A stretch of DNA of 64,000 nucleotides, taken from the NCBI GenBank assembly GCA_051306005.1, contig JBPPMJ010000003.1, positions 97,764 to 161,763 of the forward strand. The letters run 5' to 3'. The position numbers were made by a program, and so were the translations under genes. The first letter of the stretch is position 1. Each line of letters starts with the position of its first letter. Source of the DNA: Minisyncoccota bacterium. GTDB lineage: Bacteria > Patescibacteriota > Minisyncoccia > Moranbacterales > UBA1568. The notes below the pieces were generated by a model, which did no database searches, was not told where the DNA came from, and saw nothing but the letters and a program-made list of their open reading frames with translations. Below, piece after piece: positions 28,355 through 39,427 of the stretch.

Positions 28355-30628
28355 ATGGAACTTAAGAAATATCAGCAGTCAGCTCTAGATACTCTCAAAG
28401 AATACTTACAAGAGTATGAAAAAGTAGGTACCAAGTATGCTTTTATGGGTATTACGGGTCGTCCCTATATTGCTGATTTTTTCAGCGAGATTCCTTTTCT
28501 GTGTGTCAAAATTCCTACAGGAGGAGGAAAGACTCTCGTAGGATGTCACGCTGTCAGCGAAATAATGCGCTCTGTTCTTAAATATAAGATGGAACGAGGT
28601 GTCGTAATATGGTTCGTGCCCTCAGAAGCAATTAAGACCCAGACACTCAAAAAATTTAAAGATAGAAACGATTGGCACCGAAAAGTTTTGGATGAGGAAT
28701 TTGATAATAATATCAGGATCTTTTCTAACGAAGAGGCGCTACGTATTAGAAAAGAAGATGTAAAAGACAACCTGTGTATTATTATCTCTAGTCTTGAGGC
28801 GTTTCGAAAAGAGAAGAAGCTACAAAATAAATATAAAGTGTACCAGGAGAATGGTGCGCTTATAAGTCACTTTGAAAATCTTGAAGATCCTGATGGTCTT
28901 GAGAAAGACGAAGAGGGAACGATTATAAATTCCTTGGCTAATGTTGTTCGTATAAGTGAGCCGCTTATCGTTATCGATGAAGGACATAAGACCAAAACAG
29001 AACTCTCTATTAATTTTATTAAGGATCTTAATCCTAGTTTTATTATTGAATATACAGCGACTCCTCGAGACGGAAGCAATATTCTCGTAGATATCTCAGC
29101 TAGCGAACTTAAAGCTGAGGAAATGGTAAAAATTCCTATCGTTCTTGAGAGTTCATCGCAGTGGCAAAATTCTATTGCGAATGGTATTGATAAACGTAAT
29201 GAACTTGAGAAAGAAGGAAAGAAAAATAAAAGTGAATATATTCGCCCTATTGCTTTGATTCAAGCTCAGCCTAACAGTAAAACACAGGCTAATGTCACTG
29301 TTGAAGAAATTAAAGAATACTTACTTAGTTCAAAAATATCTGAAGACGAGATCGCTATCAAAACTTCTTTTAGGAATGATTTAGATGGGGTAGATCTCTT
29401 TAGTAAGAAATGTAAGATTCGTTACATTATTACTGTTAGTGCGTTGGCTGAAGGTTGGGATTGTTCTTTTGCCTATGTCCTTATTTCGGTTGCCAATGTT
29501 GGTGCAAAGATCGCTGTGGAGCAAATCATCGGACGTATTATTCGTATGCCCTATGCAAAGCGTAAGGTAAATGAAGCTTTGAATCGGTCATATATATTTG
29601 CTTCTGCAAAAAACTTTAACGAAGCGGCAACTAATATTATCTCCGGTCTTCAGAAAAACGGGTATAGCAAGCTGGATTTGATTGGTGCTTCTTCAGATGG
29701 AGAAACTGCTAAAGATCCGAAAGTAGTTAAACGTGTAGTAAATAAAGACTTTTTTGTTCCACTCGTGACTCTAGATAATGAAAAGATTACCTTCGAGGAA
29801 CTTATTGGAGAAGAATTCAAACTTGCTAAGCAGAACGCTGAGTTTGAATTCAAGACCCATTATGATAATGATGGGCGTGCACTTATTGATATCGAAGATG
29901 ATAATCAATGGCATAAAGGAAAACAGCAGGTATTGAATCTGATCTATAAAGATAAAAATCTTTCAAAAAATGAGCTAATCCAGTGGCTAGATAAGAGACT
30001 TCGCTTTACCATTTTAGGAAAACCAGACAAGGTGAAATTTATTGATAAAGCACTTGAACATCAATTAAAAACATCTTCTCTAGCCTCACTCTCAGTAAAT
30101 CGTTATATTCTGCTTAATAGATTGGGTGAAGTCATCCATAGTGTGCTTGAAGAATATGCTAAAAAGCAATTCGACCAATTAATGACAAAGAAGAAAATTT
30201 CGGTGAAGACTTTTGAAAGTTTTCCAGAGATCATTACTCTTAAGCAGGAAATTCCACAAGAATTCAATCGTAATTATTACGAGAAAATAGATAAGCTTAA
30301 TAAGGAAGAATTAAGCTTTGTAGAACGGCTTGACCCTGATACTTTACCGAATATTAAATTTTGGATACGTAGTCGAGAGAAGCAAGACCCATTCTTTATT
30401 CAAGGCTGGAGAAAGAACAAGTTTTATCCTGACTTTGTGGTGTTTACAAAAAAAGGAAATATTATTGCTCTTGAGTGGAAAGGGGAGGATAGAGTTAGTA
30501 ATGAGGATACAGCATACAAAGTCTCTATTGGTGATATGTGGTCCAAGCTTGGTAAAGGAAAACTTCATTTTTTCTTAGTTCACAATGGAAATGTTGAGGA
30601 GGTTTTGAATAGCCTTAAAGATTTATAG
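28355..30628 (+). CDS. res: Type III restriction endonuclease (Res)
   Basis: PTGGGKT, IDEGH, TATP, EGWD, QIIGR, FYPDF...EWKG nuclease. Confidence 0.9.
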   Translation: MELKKYQQSALDTLKEYLQEYEKVGTKYAFMGITGRPYIADFFSEIPFLCVKIPTGGGKTLVGCHAVSEIMRSVLKYKMERGVVIWFVPSEAIKTQTLKKFKDRNDWHRKVLDEEFDNNIRIFSNEEALRIRKEDVKDNLCIIISSLEAFRKEKKLQNKYKVYQENGALISHFENLEDPDGLEKDEEGTIINSLANVVRISEPLIVIDEGHKTKTELSINFIKDLNPSFIIEYTATPRDGSNILVDISASELKAEEMVKIPIVLESSSQWQNSIANGIDKRNELEKEGKKNKSEYIRPIALIQAQPNSKTQANVTVEEIKEYLLSSKISEDEIAIKTSFRNDLDGVDLFSKKCKIRYIITVSALAEGWDCSFAYVLISVANVGAKIAVEQIIGRIIRMPYAKRKVNEALNRSYIFASAKNFNEAATNIISGLQKNGYSKLDLIGASSDGETAKDPKVVKRVVNKDFFVPLVTLDNEKITFEELIGEEFKLAKQNAEFEFKTHYDNDGRALIDIEDDNQWHKGKQQVLNLIYKDKNLSKNELIQWLDKRLRFTILGKPDKVKFIDKALEHQLKTSSLASLSVNRYILLNRLGEVIHSVLEEYAKKQFDQLMTKKKISVKTFESFPEIITLKQEIPQEFNRNYYEKIDKLNKEELSFVERLDPDTLPNIKFWIRSREKQDPFFIQGWRKNKFYPDFVVFTKKGNIIALEWKGEDRVSNEDTAYKVSIGDMWSKLGKGKLHFFLVHNGNVEEVLNSLKDL

Positions 30629-30658
30629 CTGTTAATAATCTATCTAAGTATTTAAATA

Positions 30659-33118
30659 ATGAAAATTATAAGATCATTCTTATATTTTATACTTCCGCTT
30701 CTTGCAAAAGTTTACAAGAAGAAGAAATTTATATACGAAAGAGATAGAGAAGAAGGCAAGGTCGATAAGATTTTGCTTTTTCTTAACAAAATTTTTGGAT
30801 GGATCTATTTTAAATTCAAATGGTATTCAGAGGTTTTTCGATTCAAAAGATCTTCTGTCAGATCAAAAGTTAAAGAATATGGAGTTATTACAGAGATATT
30901 AGGAGCTTCAAAGGAACTTCTAATACTACTTATTTTAGGTTTTACTTTTTATTTGCTTGGAGATTGGTTTGTTAATTCAGTCTCAGCGTATCTCTCTAAT
31001 CTCAAGCTTCTTCAAGGAATTTCCTTAAAGATAGAGGCAGTGACTCTCCCCGAGACTGAGTTCATCCGGTTATTTTTAGAAATTTCAATTGGAGCTATTT
31101 CTGCAATTCTAGGAATAATTTTTGCGCTTTATGCAGTTGGCATTCAACTTAGTACTCAAAATTTTTCTTCTGAGGTATCTGAATATCTAAACTCAGAAGT
31201 TGCTACAAATGTTTATTTTAAACTACTAGTTTTCACTGATCTTTTGGCCATTTTTCTTTTATTGAGAAATGGCTTTTTCCCTTCATCTCAGATGATGTTT
31301 AGTTTTTTTGTGATATGCATTCTTGTTGGAGTTTGCGTATTGGGTATTGTTGTCTTCAAGCAACAATACCTTTTTATCCTTAAACCAAAATATCTTTTTG
31401 AGAGACTAAGTAAAGATATAAAAGATAGTATTATTGCTGCATCAGATTTAGGTTCATTCGAGCAAAAAAGTTGGAACATTATCCATCGTTTTCGTGACAG
31501 AACAAAAACAAGTTTAGAATTAATCGAAAGACTATTTGAGGACCTGATAGAGTCAAAGAAAACAAATGATTTAAAGTACGCACCTATTGTTTTGGGATAT
31601 GTTCTTTCTAGATACGTGGAGTCTAAGAGGTATATAAATAATGAGAAAGATTGGTGGTTTTATCACTCTCAGCAGCCAGCTAAATCTGAGGGGATGGCTG
31701 GATTTGCTCTAAAGAACAACTATGAAATTAGGGGAATGGGACCATTATTCGAAACAAGAACAAACTTTTCTTGGTTTGAGGATATGGTTTTCAGAATCTT
31801 AAAGAAGGTGCAGGAACATTCAAGTAAGGAGAATGATCTCTTAGGGTACGTCATTCAGGCTTATCAGAGAATACTGAGTAGAGAATTTTCTTATCCAGAA
31901 AGAAATAAGTTAAGAGGTGCGTATACTAACCAAGAATTTGTAGTTTATGAAAAGTTTTTCCCTAGTTTTCTTGAGCTAAGTAGTTCTTTAGAAGAAGAGG
32001 ATTTTATCGATTTTCTGAACGCATACTTTGCAATTGGACTGACTCTTATTGAGGGATCTAAGCATAAGAAGCTTAAGCGCGCGATTAGTTCATTTTATAA
32101 TAAGCTAGGAGGCAATAGAGAGCACTTTAAGGCAATTAATCTTCCCACCATTCAGTATGAAGAAATGCTCAATTATTGGGATATGATTGATCTTGAAAGA
32201 GAAACTGAGGGAAAAATTATAACCCCTCATGATTTCTTGGAAAAAGAAGTTATGTTATCAGTCAAGAACAAGGAAGAAAGAGTTTTTAAAAAGTATTTCA
32301 AAGAAATTCTTGAGCACCAGGACAAGTGGCTAAAAGAGCTAGTCGAAAAGAAAGATTATAGAAATTGTGCAGAACTTATAAAAATGCGTCTTATTTGGTT
32401 GGCACGGCTTTTTTATCTAAAGAAATCAGAAGTCACAGAGGAGTATGTGAGTCATATTAAGATACTTATTCTTTACGTAGGCTTAATTCCTAAAGATATT
32501 GTTGTTGAGTTGGATTTTCTAGAAAATTTAGAAAGACTGATTTTTCCCTGTATTTTGGAGAAAAGATTTAAGCTTCTATCGGAACTTTTGCCTCTACTCA
32601 TTATTATTCTTGCCACTCTCAATCAAGATGAAAAAGATACTGAAAAATTCATCCTCACAAATAGATTACTGGTTGTACTGGGAGGTTTCTTATATTTACA
32701 TTCTGAATTTGAAGAAGATAGAAAAGGTCTCATGATTTACTCCAAAATTTTAGAGGTAGCTTACAATCCAGACACTCTTGTTACATGGTTTGTTTCCATG
32801 AAAGACATAAAAGAAAAAGCAGGATTAGATATAACTATGAAGATTATTGAAAGAGAAACGTCTCGTTATCATCATTGGTACGGTAATATTCATCATCAAA
32901 TTTTTAACTTGCCAAAGAAATATGGAAATGTGCCACATTATTCTGGTCTACAAGAGATAGCAGATCATCCTAGTGAATTTATTTCTCAAATAAGTCACTA
33001 TCATGTAGATGCAGAAGATGAGAGTATCGAAAAATTTGTTGAATGGATGCAAAAAAGAAAAGCTGTTGAGAATTTAATTCTAACTTTAAGAAAAAGAAAG
33101 AATGAAAAGTCTAACTAA
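30659..33118 (+). CDS. Large hypothetical membrane protein (N-terminal TM bundle, helical body)
   Basis: 819 aa with about four hydrophobic helices in residues ~85-235; no catalytic motif recognised. Confidence 0.75.
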   Translation: MKIIRSFLYFILPLLAKVYKKKKFIYERDREEGKVDKILLFLNKIFGWIYFKFKWYSEVFRFKRSSVRSKVKEYGVITEILGASKELLILLILGFTFYLLGDWFVNSVSAYLSNLKLLQGISLKIEAVTLPETEFIRLFLEISIGAISAILGIIFALYAVGIQLSTQNFSSEVSEYLNSEVATNVYFKLLVFTDLLAIFLLLRNGFFPSSQMMFSFFVICILVGVCVLGIVVFKQQYLFILKPKYLFERLSKDIKDSIIAASDLGSFEQKSWNIIHRFRDRTKTSLELIERLFEDLIESKKTNDLKYAPIVLGYVLSRYVESKRYINNEKDWWFYHSQQPAKSEGMAGFALKNNYEIRGMGPLFETRTNFSWFEDMVFRILKKVQEHSSKENDLLGYVIQAYQRILSREFSYPERNKLRGAYTNQEFVVYEKFFPSFLELSSSLEEEDFIDFLNAYFAIGLTLIEGSKHKKLKRAISSFYNKLGGNREHFKAINLPTIQYEEMLNYWDMIDLERETEGKIITPHDFLEKEVMLSVKNKEERVFKKYFKEILEHQDKWLKELVEKKDYRNCAELIKMRLIWLARLFYLKKSEVTEEYVSHIKILILYVGLIPKDIVVELDFLENLERLIFPCILEKRFKLLSELLPLLIIILATLNQDEKDTEKFILTNRLLVVLGGFLYLHSEFEEDRKGLMIYSKILEVAYNPDTLVTWFVSMKDIKEKAGLDITMKIIERETSRYHHWYGNIHHQIFNLPKKYGNVPHYSGLQEIADHPSEFISQISHYHVDAEDESIEKFVEWMQKRKAVENLILTLRKRKNEKSN

Positions 33119-34193
33119 GTTTCAAAAAAGAAAGAGTCGTTCAATTGAAGATCCTTTTTTAAGTTACATAAAGGGATTTTCTGGATTGGATAATCTAGTG
33201 AGAGATATTACAGATCTGCATAAGGAAACATTCTATATTAGAAATTCTTTATTTCCTTTGCAGAGATCCTCTAGGAGTGTTGCATCTAATACGGAAGCAA
33301 CTTTCTATGTTGAGTGTGAGGATTCTGTAGTAAAAAATGATTTATCTAGCTACCTATTTGATAAGTACTCTAGGTATCGAGATAGTCTTTATGGAAATGG
33401 AGATGATCTGGGAAGTTTTTTTGGAACCTATGCTTCTGAGCTTATGATAAAAGGCATATTTTTTTCAGAAGTCGTATGGGATAGTATTGACATTGACGGA
33501 AGAACTTATATTTTACCAGTTGACTTTAGTTATATTCATCCCTCAACGATGGGATTCGTAAGAAAGAACAGTAAGATAGTCGGCTATAAGCAAGTTTATA
33601 GTATTATAACTAGCTTCTTAAGAAGAAAAGATTATTCATATAAAGATTTAATAAAGAATAGAAAAGTTACATTTTCCACAGATGAAATATTCTACGGCTG
33701 TTACCCGTTTTCTTTGCACTCTCCCACCAGGGAAAGTAAGAAACTTCTAAAGGCTGCTAACCGTTTTATGGAGTTCTCCCTAGATACTGCTACGGCAGGA
33801 GCCTACCCAGAGAACCATCAATTAAATATTGAAAGAGCTAAGTATAAATCAGTTAAATTGGAGAAGGTTAAGGCAACAGTAGCGAGAAGCAAAATAAGAA
33901 AAATATTTAACTATATACCTGAGGCAGGTGAGCTAAAGATTACAGAGTATTATGATATTTTTACTGTTATTAGATACAGAAAGTTTCTGAATAAGATGCG
34001 AGACTATATGATTAGTGAATTCAATAAACAAGTAATTAGTGAAATCTTAAGAAAGAATAATCTTTCAGTAAAGGCGACTCTAAAATACAAGGGTTTTCTT
34101 AATAATATTGAAATCAATAAAGCTTTCGATGCTTACAAGAACGGAAGTTTATCAAGCCAAGATCTTATAAAGGAAATAGTAGAGAAGCCTTAG
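33102..34193 (+). CDS. Hypothetical protein, phage portal-like
   Basis: LMIKGIFFSEVVW..P..F.YIHP..M...GYKQ..VTFSTDEIFY..SP and ISEFNKQVISEILRKN recall portal motifs; by eye only. Confidence 0.45.
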   Translation: MKSLTKFQKRKSRSIEDPFLSYIKGFSGLDNLVRDITDLHKETFYIRNSLFPLQRSSRSVASNTEATFYVECEDSVVKNDLSSYLFDKYSRYRDSLYGNGDDLGSFFGTYASELMIKGIFFSEVVWDSIDIDGRTYILPVDFSYIHPSTMGFVRKNSKIVGYKQVYSIITSFLRRKDYSYKDLIKNRKVTFSTDEIFYGCYPFSLHSPTRESKKLLKAANRFMEFSLDTATAGAYPENHQLNIERAKYKSVKLEKVKATVARSKIRKIFNYIPEAGELKITEYYDIFTVIRYRKFLNKMRDYMISEFNKQVISEILRKNNLSVKATLKYKGFLNNIEINKAFDAYKNGSLSSQDLIKEIVEKP

Positions 34194-34198
34194 TTTCT

Positions 34199-35299
34199 AT
34201 GAACTTTCTAAAAGATAAATCCTATTACTCAGATCTCTATGACTCTTTTACTATAGAGGAATGTAAGCGTACAGAAAAAGGAATATCAGAAAAAGACCTT
34301 CCAAAATATAAAGGACATAAACTTACTACTGAGGAATGGGGTCGTTTAAGAATACCGTTTACGGAAGTGGGGTTGTATTTCCTTAAAGGAGAGCGTTATG
34401 CAAAGAAATTAGAAACCATTAGTAAGTGGCTAGAAGAAGATAGAAAAAAAGAAGAGAAATTTGATAATGCTAAAGAACCAAAAGGTATTCGTTGTCTTGG
34501 CTGTAGCTCTCTTCAGATGACCTGCATTTCTAAGGACTTCATGACTGATAAAGATAGTAACCAAGAAGAAGTCCTCTTTATGTTTGAGTGTGATGATTGT
34601 CACAAAAGGAGAGCTTTCTGGGAAAATGGAAAAGAATGGGAATATAGTCCGAAGTGTCCAAAATGCCAATCAAAGCTTGATAGAGAAACAACTCGTAATG
34701 GGGATTCTCTTGTTACCAAAGAAGTTTGTACGAATTGCGATTATAAAGATACAGATACTTTAGATCTTACTGTAAAAGAAGCAGTAGCGGAAAGGATTGA
34801 TCCAAACTTTGCTTCTGACCAGAGAAAGTATTGCCTTTCGGAGACAGAGGGAAATGAATATATCAGAGATAGGGATAGCATGAAGTACGTCTCAGACAAG
34901 CTCAAAGATAAAGAAGAAAATAAGGAGGTCTTTGAAGAGATAGAGAAAATAAAAAAGCTTACCATTATGGAGCTTCAAAACCTCCTCACTCCACTTATAG
35001 AAAAGGCAAACTACACTCAGTTTCTTTTTAAAAAACCTGTCATTGAAAAAGACGTTATTCTCTCCTTTAGCCTCCAAGATACCCAAACTGGCAGGACAAA
35101 TATGGAAGGTACCTCTGATCTCAAAAGACTCCTCAAAAAAGCCCTGGAGTCTACTAATTGGAGACTTATGAGTGAAGGCCTCACTTATCGCCTAGGATTC
35201 CTTCAGGGTCGCTTACGGGGCGTAGAAGGGGAGCAAGCTCTTCGTAAGTTAGCTGAAATGTCCTTAAAGAAAAAAGTTGCTTCAAAAATCTCTCATTAA
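34199..35299 (+). CDS. Hypothetical Zn-ribbon protein
   Basis: Four CxxC pairs (CLGC, CDDC, CPKC, CTNC); C-terminal WRLMSEGLTYRLGFLQGRLRG. Confidence 0.7.
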   Translation: MNFLKDKSYYSDLYDSFTIEECKRTEKGISEKDLPKYKGHKLTTEEWGRLRIPFTEVGLYFLKGERYAKKLETISKWLEEDRKKEEKFDNAKEPKGIRCLGCSSLQMTCISKDFMTDKDSNQEEVLFMFECDDCHKRRAFWENGKEWEYSPKCPKCQSKLDRETTRNGDSLVTKEVCTNCDYKDTDTLDLTVKEAVAERIDPNFASDQRKYCLSETEGNEYIRDRDSMKYVSDKLKDKEENKEVFEEIEKIKKLTIMELQNLLTPLIEKANYTQFLFKKPVIEKDVILSFSLQDTQTGRTNMEGTSDLKRLLKKALESTNWRLMSEGLTYRLGFLQGRLRGVEGEQALRKLAEMSLKKKVASKISH

Positions 35300-35324
35300 G
35301 AATAAGTCGAATTAACAGAGGCTG

Positions 35325-36269
35325 TTATTTCGATCCCATGAGCTCAAGAAATTTCATAGGATCAATCGTGAGACCGTTTATACGAACGGAAAGATGGAGG
35401 TGGGGTCCGAGAGAGTATCCCGTATTTCCACTCAGAGCTATTAAGTCTCCTTTTTCTACACTCGTGCCTTTGGGTACTTTTGTTTCAGAAAGATGCATAT
35501 AGAAACTCATTAATCCTTTGCCATGATCAATAATTATGCTGTGTCCGTAATTCCTAAAAGTTCCCGCAAAAGCTACTGTACCAGAATTCATACTATAAAC
35601 AGGCGTTCCCTCAGATGCTCGAAAATCGGTACCTTGATGACTCAGACTTACAGAGCCTGTTTGTCTTTTGTAACCATAGACATCAGTAATAGTAGGGGTC
35701 CCATCAAGGGGCAGACGGAACTCTCCGCTCCAGAGCTTCGCTGGACCTGTGGTAGCAATCACAGAGTTAATAATGGCGGTGTCTTTGGCTAAACTATCTG
35801 TAAGAGTATGTTCTGCTTCAGGAGTGTTACCTCCAAGTTGTTCGGGAATATCAAAGTTTGATGTAGCAACGTCTCTTTGTCCCACGGTGATCTTCTCTTC
35901 GATTACCCGACCATCATTAAGGGTGAGCACCACCGGGTACACGCCAGGTTTTTTATGGAAATCAATACCAACGAGTCCTGCTAAGATTTCTTCATTAATA
36001 AATACCGGAATTGGCTCGCCATCAAAAGTAAGAGACTGGATGGCGGACAGAGAACCGAGTCCATTTATAGTAATTTTCACAGGCTCTCCTGGAATGACTT
36101 CCGTAGGGGCGATAGAAAGCGAGACTGGCGCTACTGGTACAGTGTCGACTTCTTCTTTCTGAGTAGTAGGCACCTTATTTTCTACCTCTGGCTGTTTTTT
36201 GAACTGTGGTACAAAAAAGTATGTAGCCAGTAAGAAAAGCGGAATGATGAGCCAGAGGAGTTTTTTCAT
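35325..36269 (-). CDS. M23 family metallopeptidase
   Basis: HQGTDF, SFYMHL, GNTGYSLGPHLH; N-terminal anchor. Confidence 0.9.
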   Translation of the reverse strand: MKKLLWLIIPLFLLATYFFVPQFKKQPEVENKVPTTQKEEVDTVPVAPVSLSIAPTEVIPGEPVKITINGLGSLSAIQSLTFDGEPIPVFINEEILAGLVGIDFHKKPGVYPVVLTLNDGRVIEEKITVGQRDVATSNFDIPEQLGGNTPEAEHTLTDSLAKDTAIINSVIATTGPAKLWSGEFRLPLDGTPTITDVYGYKRQTGSVSLSHQGTDFRASEGTPVYSMNSGTVAFAGTFRNYGHSIIIDHGKGLMSFYMHLSETKVPKGTSVEKGDLIALSGNTGYSLGPHLHLSVRINGLTIDPMKFLELMGSK

Positions 36270-36319
36270 AGAAAGAAAAGCAATGTATCTAATTTCTTTA
36301 TGGCTAGTATAACATGCTT

Positions 36320-36348
36320 TTGACAATACCCTAAGGGGGGTATATAAT
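36320..36348 (+). promoter_or_regulatory. Sigma70 promoter with embedded CsoR-type operator
   Basis: TTGACA-17-TATAAT; spacer ATACCCTAAGGGGGGTAT is a C-tract/G-tract pseudo-palindrome of the CsoR/RcnR type. Confidence 0.85.
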
Positions 36349-36372
36349 AAAAGTACTTTATACAAACAATCT

Positions 36373-36636
36373 ATGAATACACAGAAGCAAAAACTCATTA
36401 GACGACTCAAGATTATCGAGGGCCAAGTGAGGGGTCTCCAAGAAATGATCAACAAAGATGCCTATTGCATAGATATCATTACTCAAACCTCAGCAGTCAA
36501 GCAGGCACTGACAGCCGTAGAAGATCAGCTCATGGAAGTTCATCTCACCACCTGTGTCACACGACAAATGAAATCAGGACAGGAAAAAAAGGCTCAGGAG
36601 GAAATTATGAAGGTGTATAAACTCAAACGTAAATAA
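36373..36636 (+). CDS. csoR: CsoR/RcnR metal-sensing repressor
   Basis: RRLKIIEGQVRG, YCIDI, HLTTC (C-H-C copper ligands). Confidence 0.92.
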   Translation: MNTQKQKLIRRLKIIEGQVRGLQEMINKDAYCIDIITQTSAVKQALTAVEDQLMEVHLTTCVTRQMKSGQEKKAQEEIMKVYKLKRK

Positions 36637-36654
36637 ATTTTTTAATATAATGTT

Positions 36655-37113
36655 ATGGAAAACCAGAAAATAATGTACGGTGTTGGCGGTTTGGTACTTG
36701 GAGGAATTCTTATGTTCTTGTTTGTAGGGAATGGGGTAGGAAAAGAAAGCTCTATGGATAGAGGGATGATGGAGAAGAAAACCGAAACAGCTATGGTTAA
36801 GGAAGATGTTGTTACTCATGATGGTATGTCTATGGAAGCTATGAATGACGCATTAAAGAATAAGACGGGTGATGAATTTGATAAAGCCTTCATTGAACTC
36901 ATGACCGAACATCACCAAGGGGCTATTGATATGGCTAACCTGATTGATACCCGTGCTAAGCACCAAGAAATAAAGACTCTCGGGCAAGGAATTATTGCTG
37001 CTCAGACAAAAGAAATAAAAGAAATGGCAGATTGGGCTAAGGCTTGGGGATACACGAATGATGACGCCATGATGATGAAAGATGACACTATGGGTCAGGG
37101 CATGATGCATTAA
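36655..37113 (+). CDS. DUF305/CopM-like Met-rich metal-binding protein
   Basis: [29 protein letters not shown]. Confidence 0.88.
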   Translation: MENQKIMYGVGGLVLGGILMFLFVGNGVGKESSMDRGMMEKKTETAMVKEDVVTHDGMSMEAMNDALKNKTGDEFDKAFIELMTEHHQGAIDMANLIDTRAKHQEIKTLGQGIIAAQTKEIKEMADWAKAWGYTNDDAMMMKDDTMGQGMMH

Positions 37114-37121
37114 GAGTTAGT

Positions 37122-39425
37122 ATGCACCACACTGAAACGTATAAAATAAAAGGTATGCACTGCGCTTCATGCGCAGGCATTATCGAGAGAACCTTTAAGA
37201 AAGTGGAAGGAGTGGAATCTGTTCAGGCTAATTACGGTATGGAAAATGTGAAAGTTTCCTTTGATAAGGAAAAGACAAATCCAGAGCAACTCTCAAAAAA
37301 ACTTGAGCCACTCGGTTACACTCTCATTGTGCCAATTATAAAAAGCGCAGAAGAGATGGGGATGTCCTCTGATGAACACGCTGCTCATTTAGGCCTCAAC
37401 CAATCGAAGAAAGAAAAGCTGGCTGAAATTAAGGATATGCGGAATAAAGTCTATTCCGTACTCCCTTTAGCTGCTTTCAGTGTTTTTGTGATGGGTTGGG
37501 ATATTTTTGCTCAGTTTGGCTGGGTAAAACTTATGCCAGAAGTCTGGTATGAATTTTTTCATCATCTTCTTCCCATCTTTGCAACCTATACTTTTATAGT
37601 GGTAGGGAAGCCCTACCTTTTAGGTATCTATCGATTTTTTCGCTATGGGAAAGCCAATATGGATACTCTCATTGGTATCGGTACAGCCACCGCTTTTCTC
37701 TATAGTTTCATCGTGACTGCTTTTGAAGAGTCACTGGCACCATATATAGATATCACTCATAGTTACTACGATGTGACCATTGTAGTCATCGCCTTTATTG
37801 CTTTTGGGAAATACCTAGAAGCTCAGGCAAAGTTAAAAACAGGCGATGCTATCGAAAAACTATTGGGATTGCAAGCAAAGACTGCTTTGATAATGCGAGA
37901 AGGTAAAGAAGTAGAGATTCCTTTGAGTGAAGTCAAAGTAGGAGACCTCATTATCGTAAAGCCAGCAGGAAAAATACCTGTAGATGGGGTAGTCACTGAA
38001 GGAACTTCTTTCGTGGATGAGTCTATGATTACGGGCGAACCTATTCCGAATGAAAAGAAGAGCGGAGATTCAGTAGTAGGAGGGACTTTAAATACCACGG
38101 GTTCTTTTGTATTTAAAGCTACAAAAGTAGGGAGTGAAACTCTGCTATCGCATATTGTAAAAATGGTGGGAGAAGCACAGGGGAGCAAAGCACCTATTCA
38201 GGGACTGGCTGATAAGATATCGAGTGTTTTTGTGCCAGTAGTTTTGGTAATTGCTGTTGTAACACTTGGAGTATGGCTCATCGTTGGTACTCAATACTTA
38301 GGATTTTCTCAGGCGCTTTCTTTTGGATTAGTTTCTTTTGTAGGAATTTTGGTTATCGCATGTCCTTGTGCACTGGGGCTAGCTACTCCAACGGCTATTA
38401 TTGTTGGAGTAGGTAAGGGTGCTAAGGAGGGGATTCTGGTTAAAGACGCTGAGACGCTAGAAAAACTTGGGAAAGTGAACGTACTCGTCTTTGATAAGAC
38501 AGGGACCATCACTAAGGGAAAACCTGAAGTGGTTTCGGTTGTGCCCTTTGAAGGAAAAAATGAAGAGGAAATCCTTACCTTATTAGCCACACTCGAAAAA
38601 AAATCTGAACACCCAATTGCTCATGCAGTGGTTACTTTGGCCGAAGAGAAAAAAATATCTCTCTTAAAAATGGAAGGTTTTGAGGCTATCCAAGGAAAAG
38701 GTCTTAAGGGAGAGATTGAGGGAGTAGTCTATTATGCTGGTAATCTCGCCTTACTCAAGGATTTACATATTTCTTTCGACCAGTCTCGTTTGGAAAAAGA
38801 AGCCAAAGAAGGCAAAACACCGATCATTCTCGCTACTAAAGAAAAAGTACTCGGTATAGTGATGGTTGCTGATGCCATCAAAGAGGGAGCCAAAGAAGCG
38901 ATGGAAAAGCTCAAAAAGATGGGCATACAGACCATCATGCTTTCTGGAGATAATCAGCACACGGCCGAGTATATTGCCAAGCTAGTAGGGATTGATGAAG
39001 TCATGGCAGAAGTCTTACCTGATCAAAAAATGATAAAGATACAAGAACTACAAAAAGAAGGAAAGATGGTCGCTATGGTGGGAGACGGCGTCAATGATGC
39101 ACCAGCCCTTGCTCAAGCCAATGTGGGCATTGCTATGGCTACTGGGACAGATGTGGCGATTGAATCAGCTGGTATCACCCTTCTTCATGGGGACATTACT
39201 AAAGTTGTGAAAGCCATCAGACTTTCTCATATGACCATGGTTGGTATCAAGCAGAATCTTTTTTGGGCTTTTGTTTATAATCTAGTGGGTATCCCACTCG
39301 CAGCAGGCCTTTTCTACCCGCTCTTTGGCTGGCTCTTGAGCCCGGTCTTTGCGGGTCTTGCCATGGCTTTTTCAAGCGTGTCTGTAGTAGGAAACTCTCT
39401 TCGGCTTAAAGTGAAAAAATTATAA
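37122..39425 (+). CDS. copA: Cu(I)-exporting P1B-1 ATPase
   Basis: [32 protein letters not shown] and MAFSS. Confidence 0.95.
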   Translation: MHHTETYKIKGMHCASCAGIIERTFKKVEGVESVQANYGMENVKVSFDKEKTNPEQLSKKLEPLGYTLIVPIIKSAEEMGMSSDEHAAHLGLNQSKKEKLAEIKDMRNKVYSVLPLAAFSVFVMGWDIFAQFGWVKLMPEVWYEFFHHLLPIFATYTFIVVGKPYLLGIYRFFRYGKANMDTLIGIGTATAFLYSFIVTAFEESLAPYIDITHSYYDVTIVVIAFIAFGKYLEAQAKLKTGDAIEKLLGLQAKTALIMREGKEVEIPLSEVKVGDLIIVKPAGKIPVDGVVTEGTSFVDESMITGEPIPNEKKSGDSVVGGTLNTTGSFVFKATKVGSETLLSHIVKMVGEAQGSKAPIQGLADKISSVFVPVVLVIAVVTLGVWLIVGTQYLGFSQALSFGLVSFVGILVIACPCALGLATPTAIIVGVGKGAKEGILVKDAETLEKLGKVNVLVFDKTGTITKGKPEVVSVVPFEGKNEEEILTLLATLEKKSEHPIAHAVVTLAEEKKISLLKMEGFEAIQGKGLKGEIEGVVYYAGNLALLKDLHISFDQSRLEKEAKEGKTPIILATKEKVLGIVMVADAIKEGAKEAMEKLKKMGIQTIMLSGDNQHTAEYIAKLVGIDEVMAEVLPDQKMIKIQELQKEGKMVAMVGDGVNDAPALAQANVGIAMATGTDVAIESAGITLLHGDITKVVKAIRLSHMTMVGIKQNLFWAFVYNLVGIPLAAGLFYPLFGWLLSPVFAGLAMAFSSVSVVGNSLRLKVKKL

Positions 39426-39427
39426 GT

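Noticed and set aside
21701-35299. Intact prophage
   Set aside because: No capsid, tail, lysis or replication module is recognisable between the ends.
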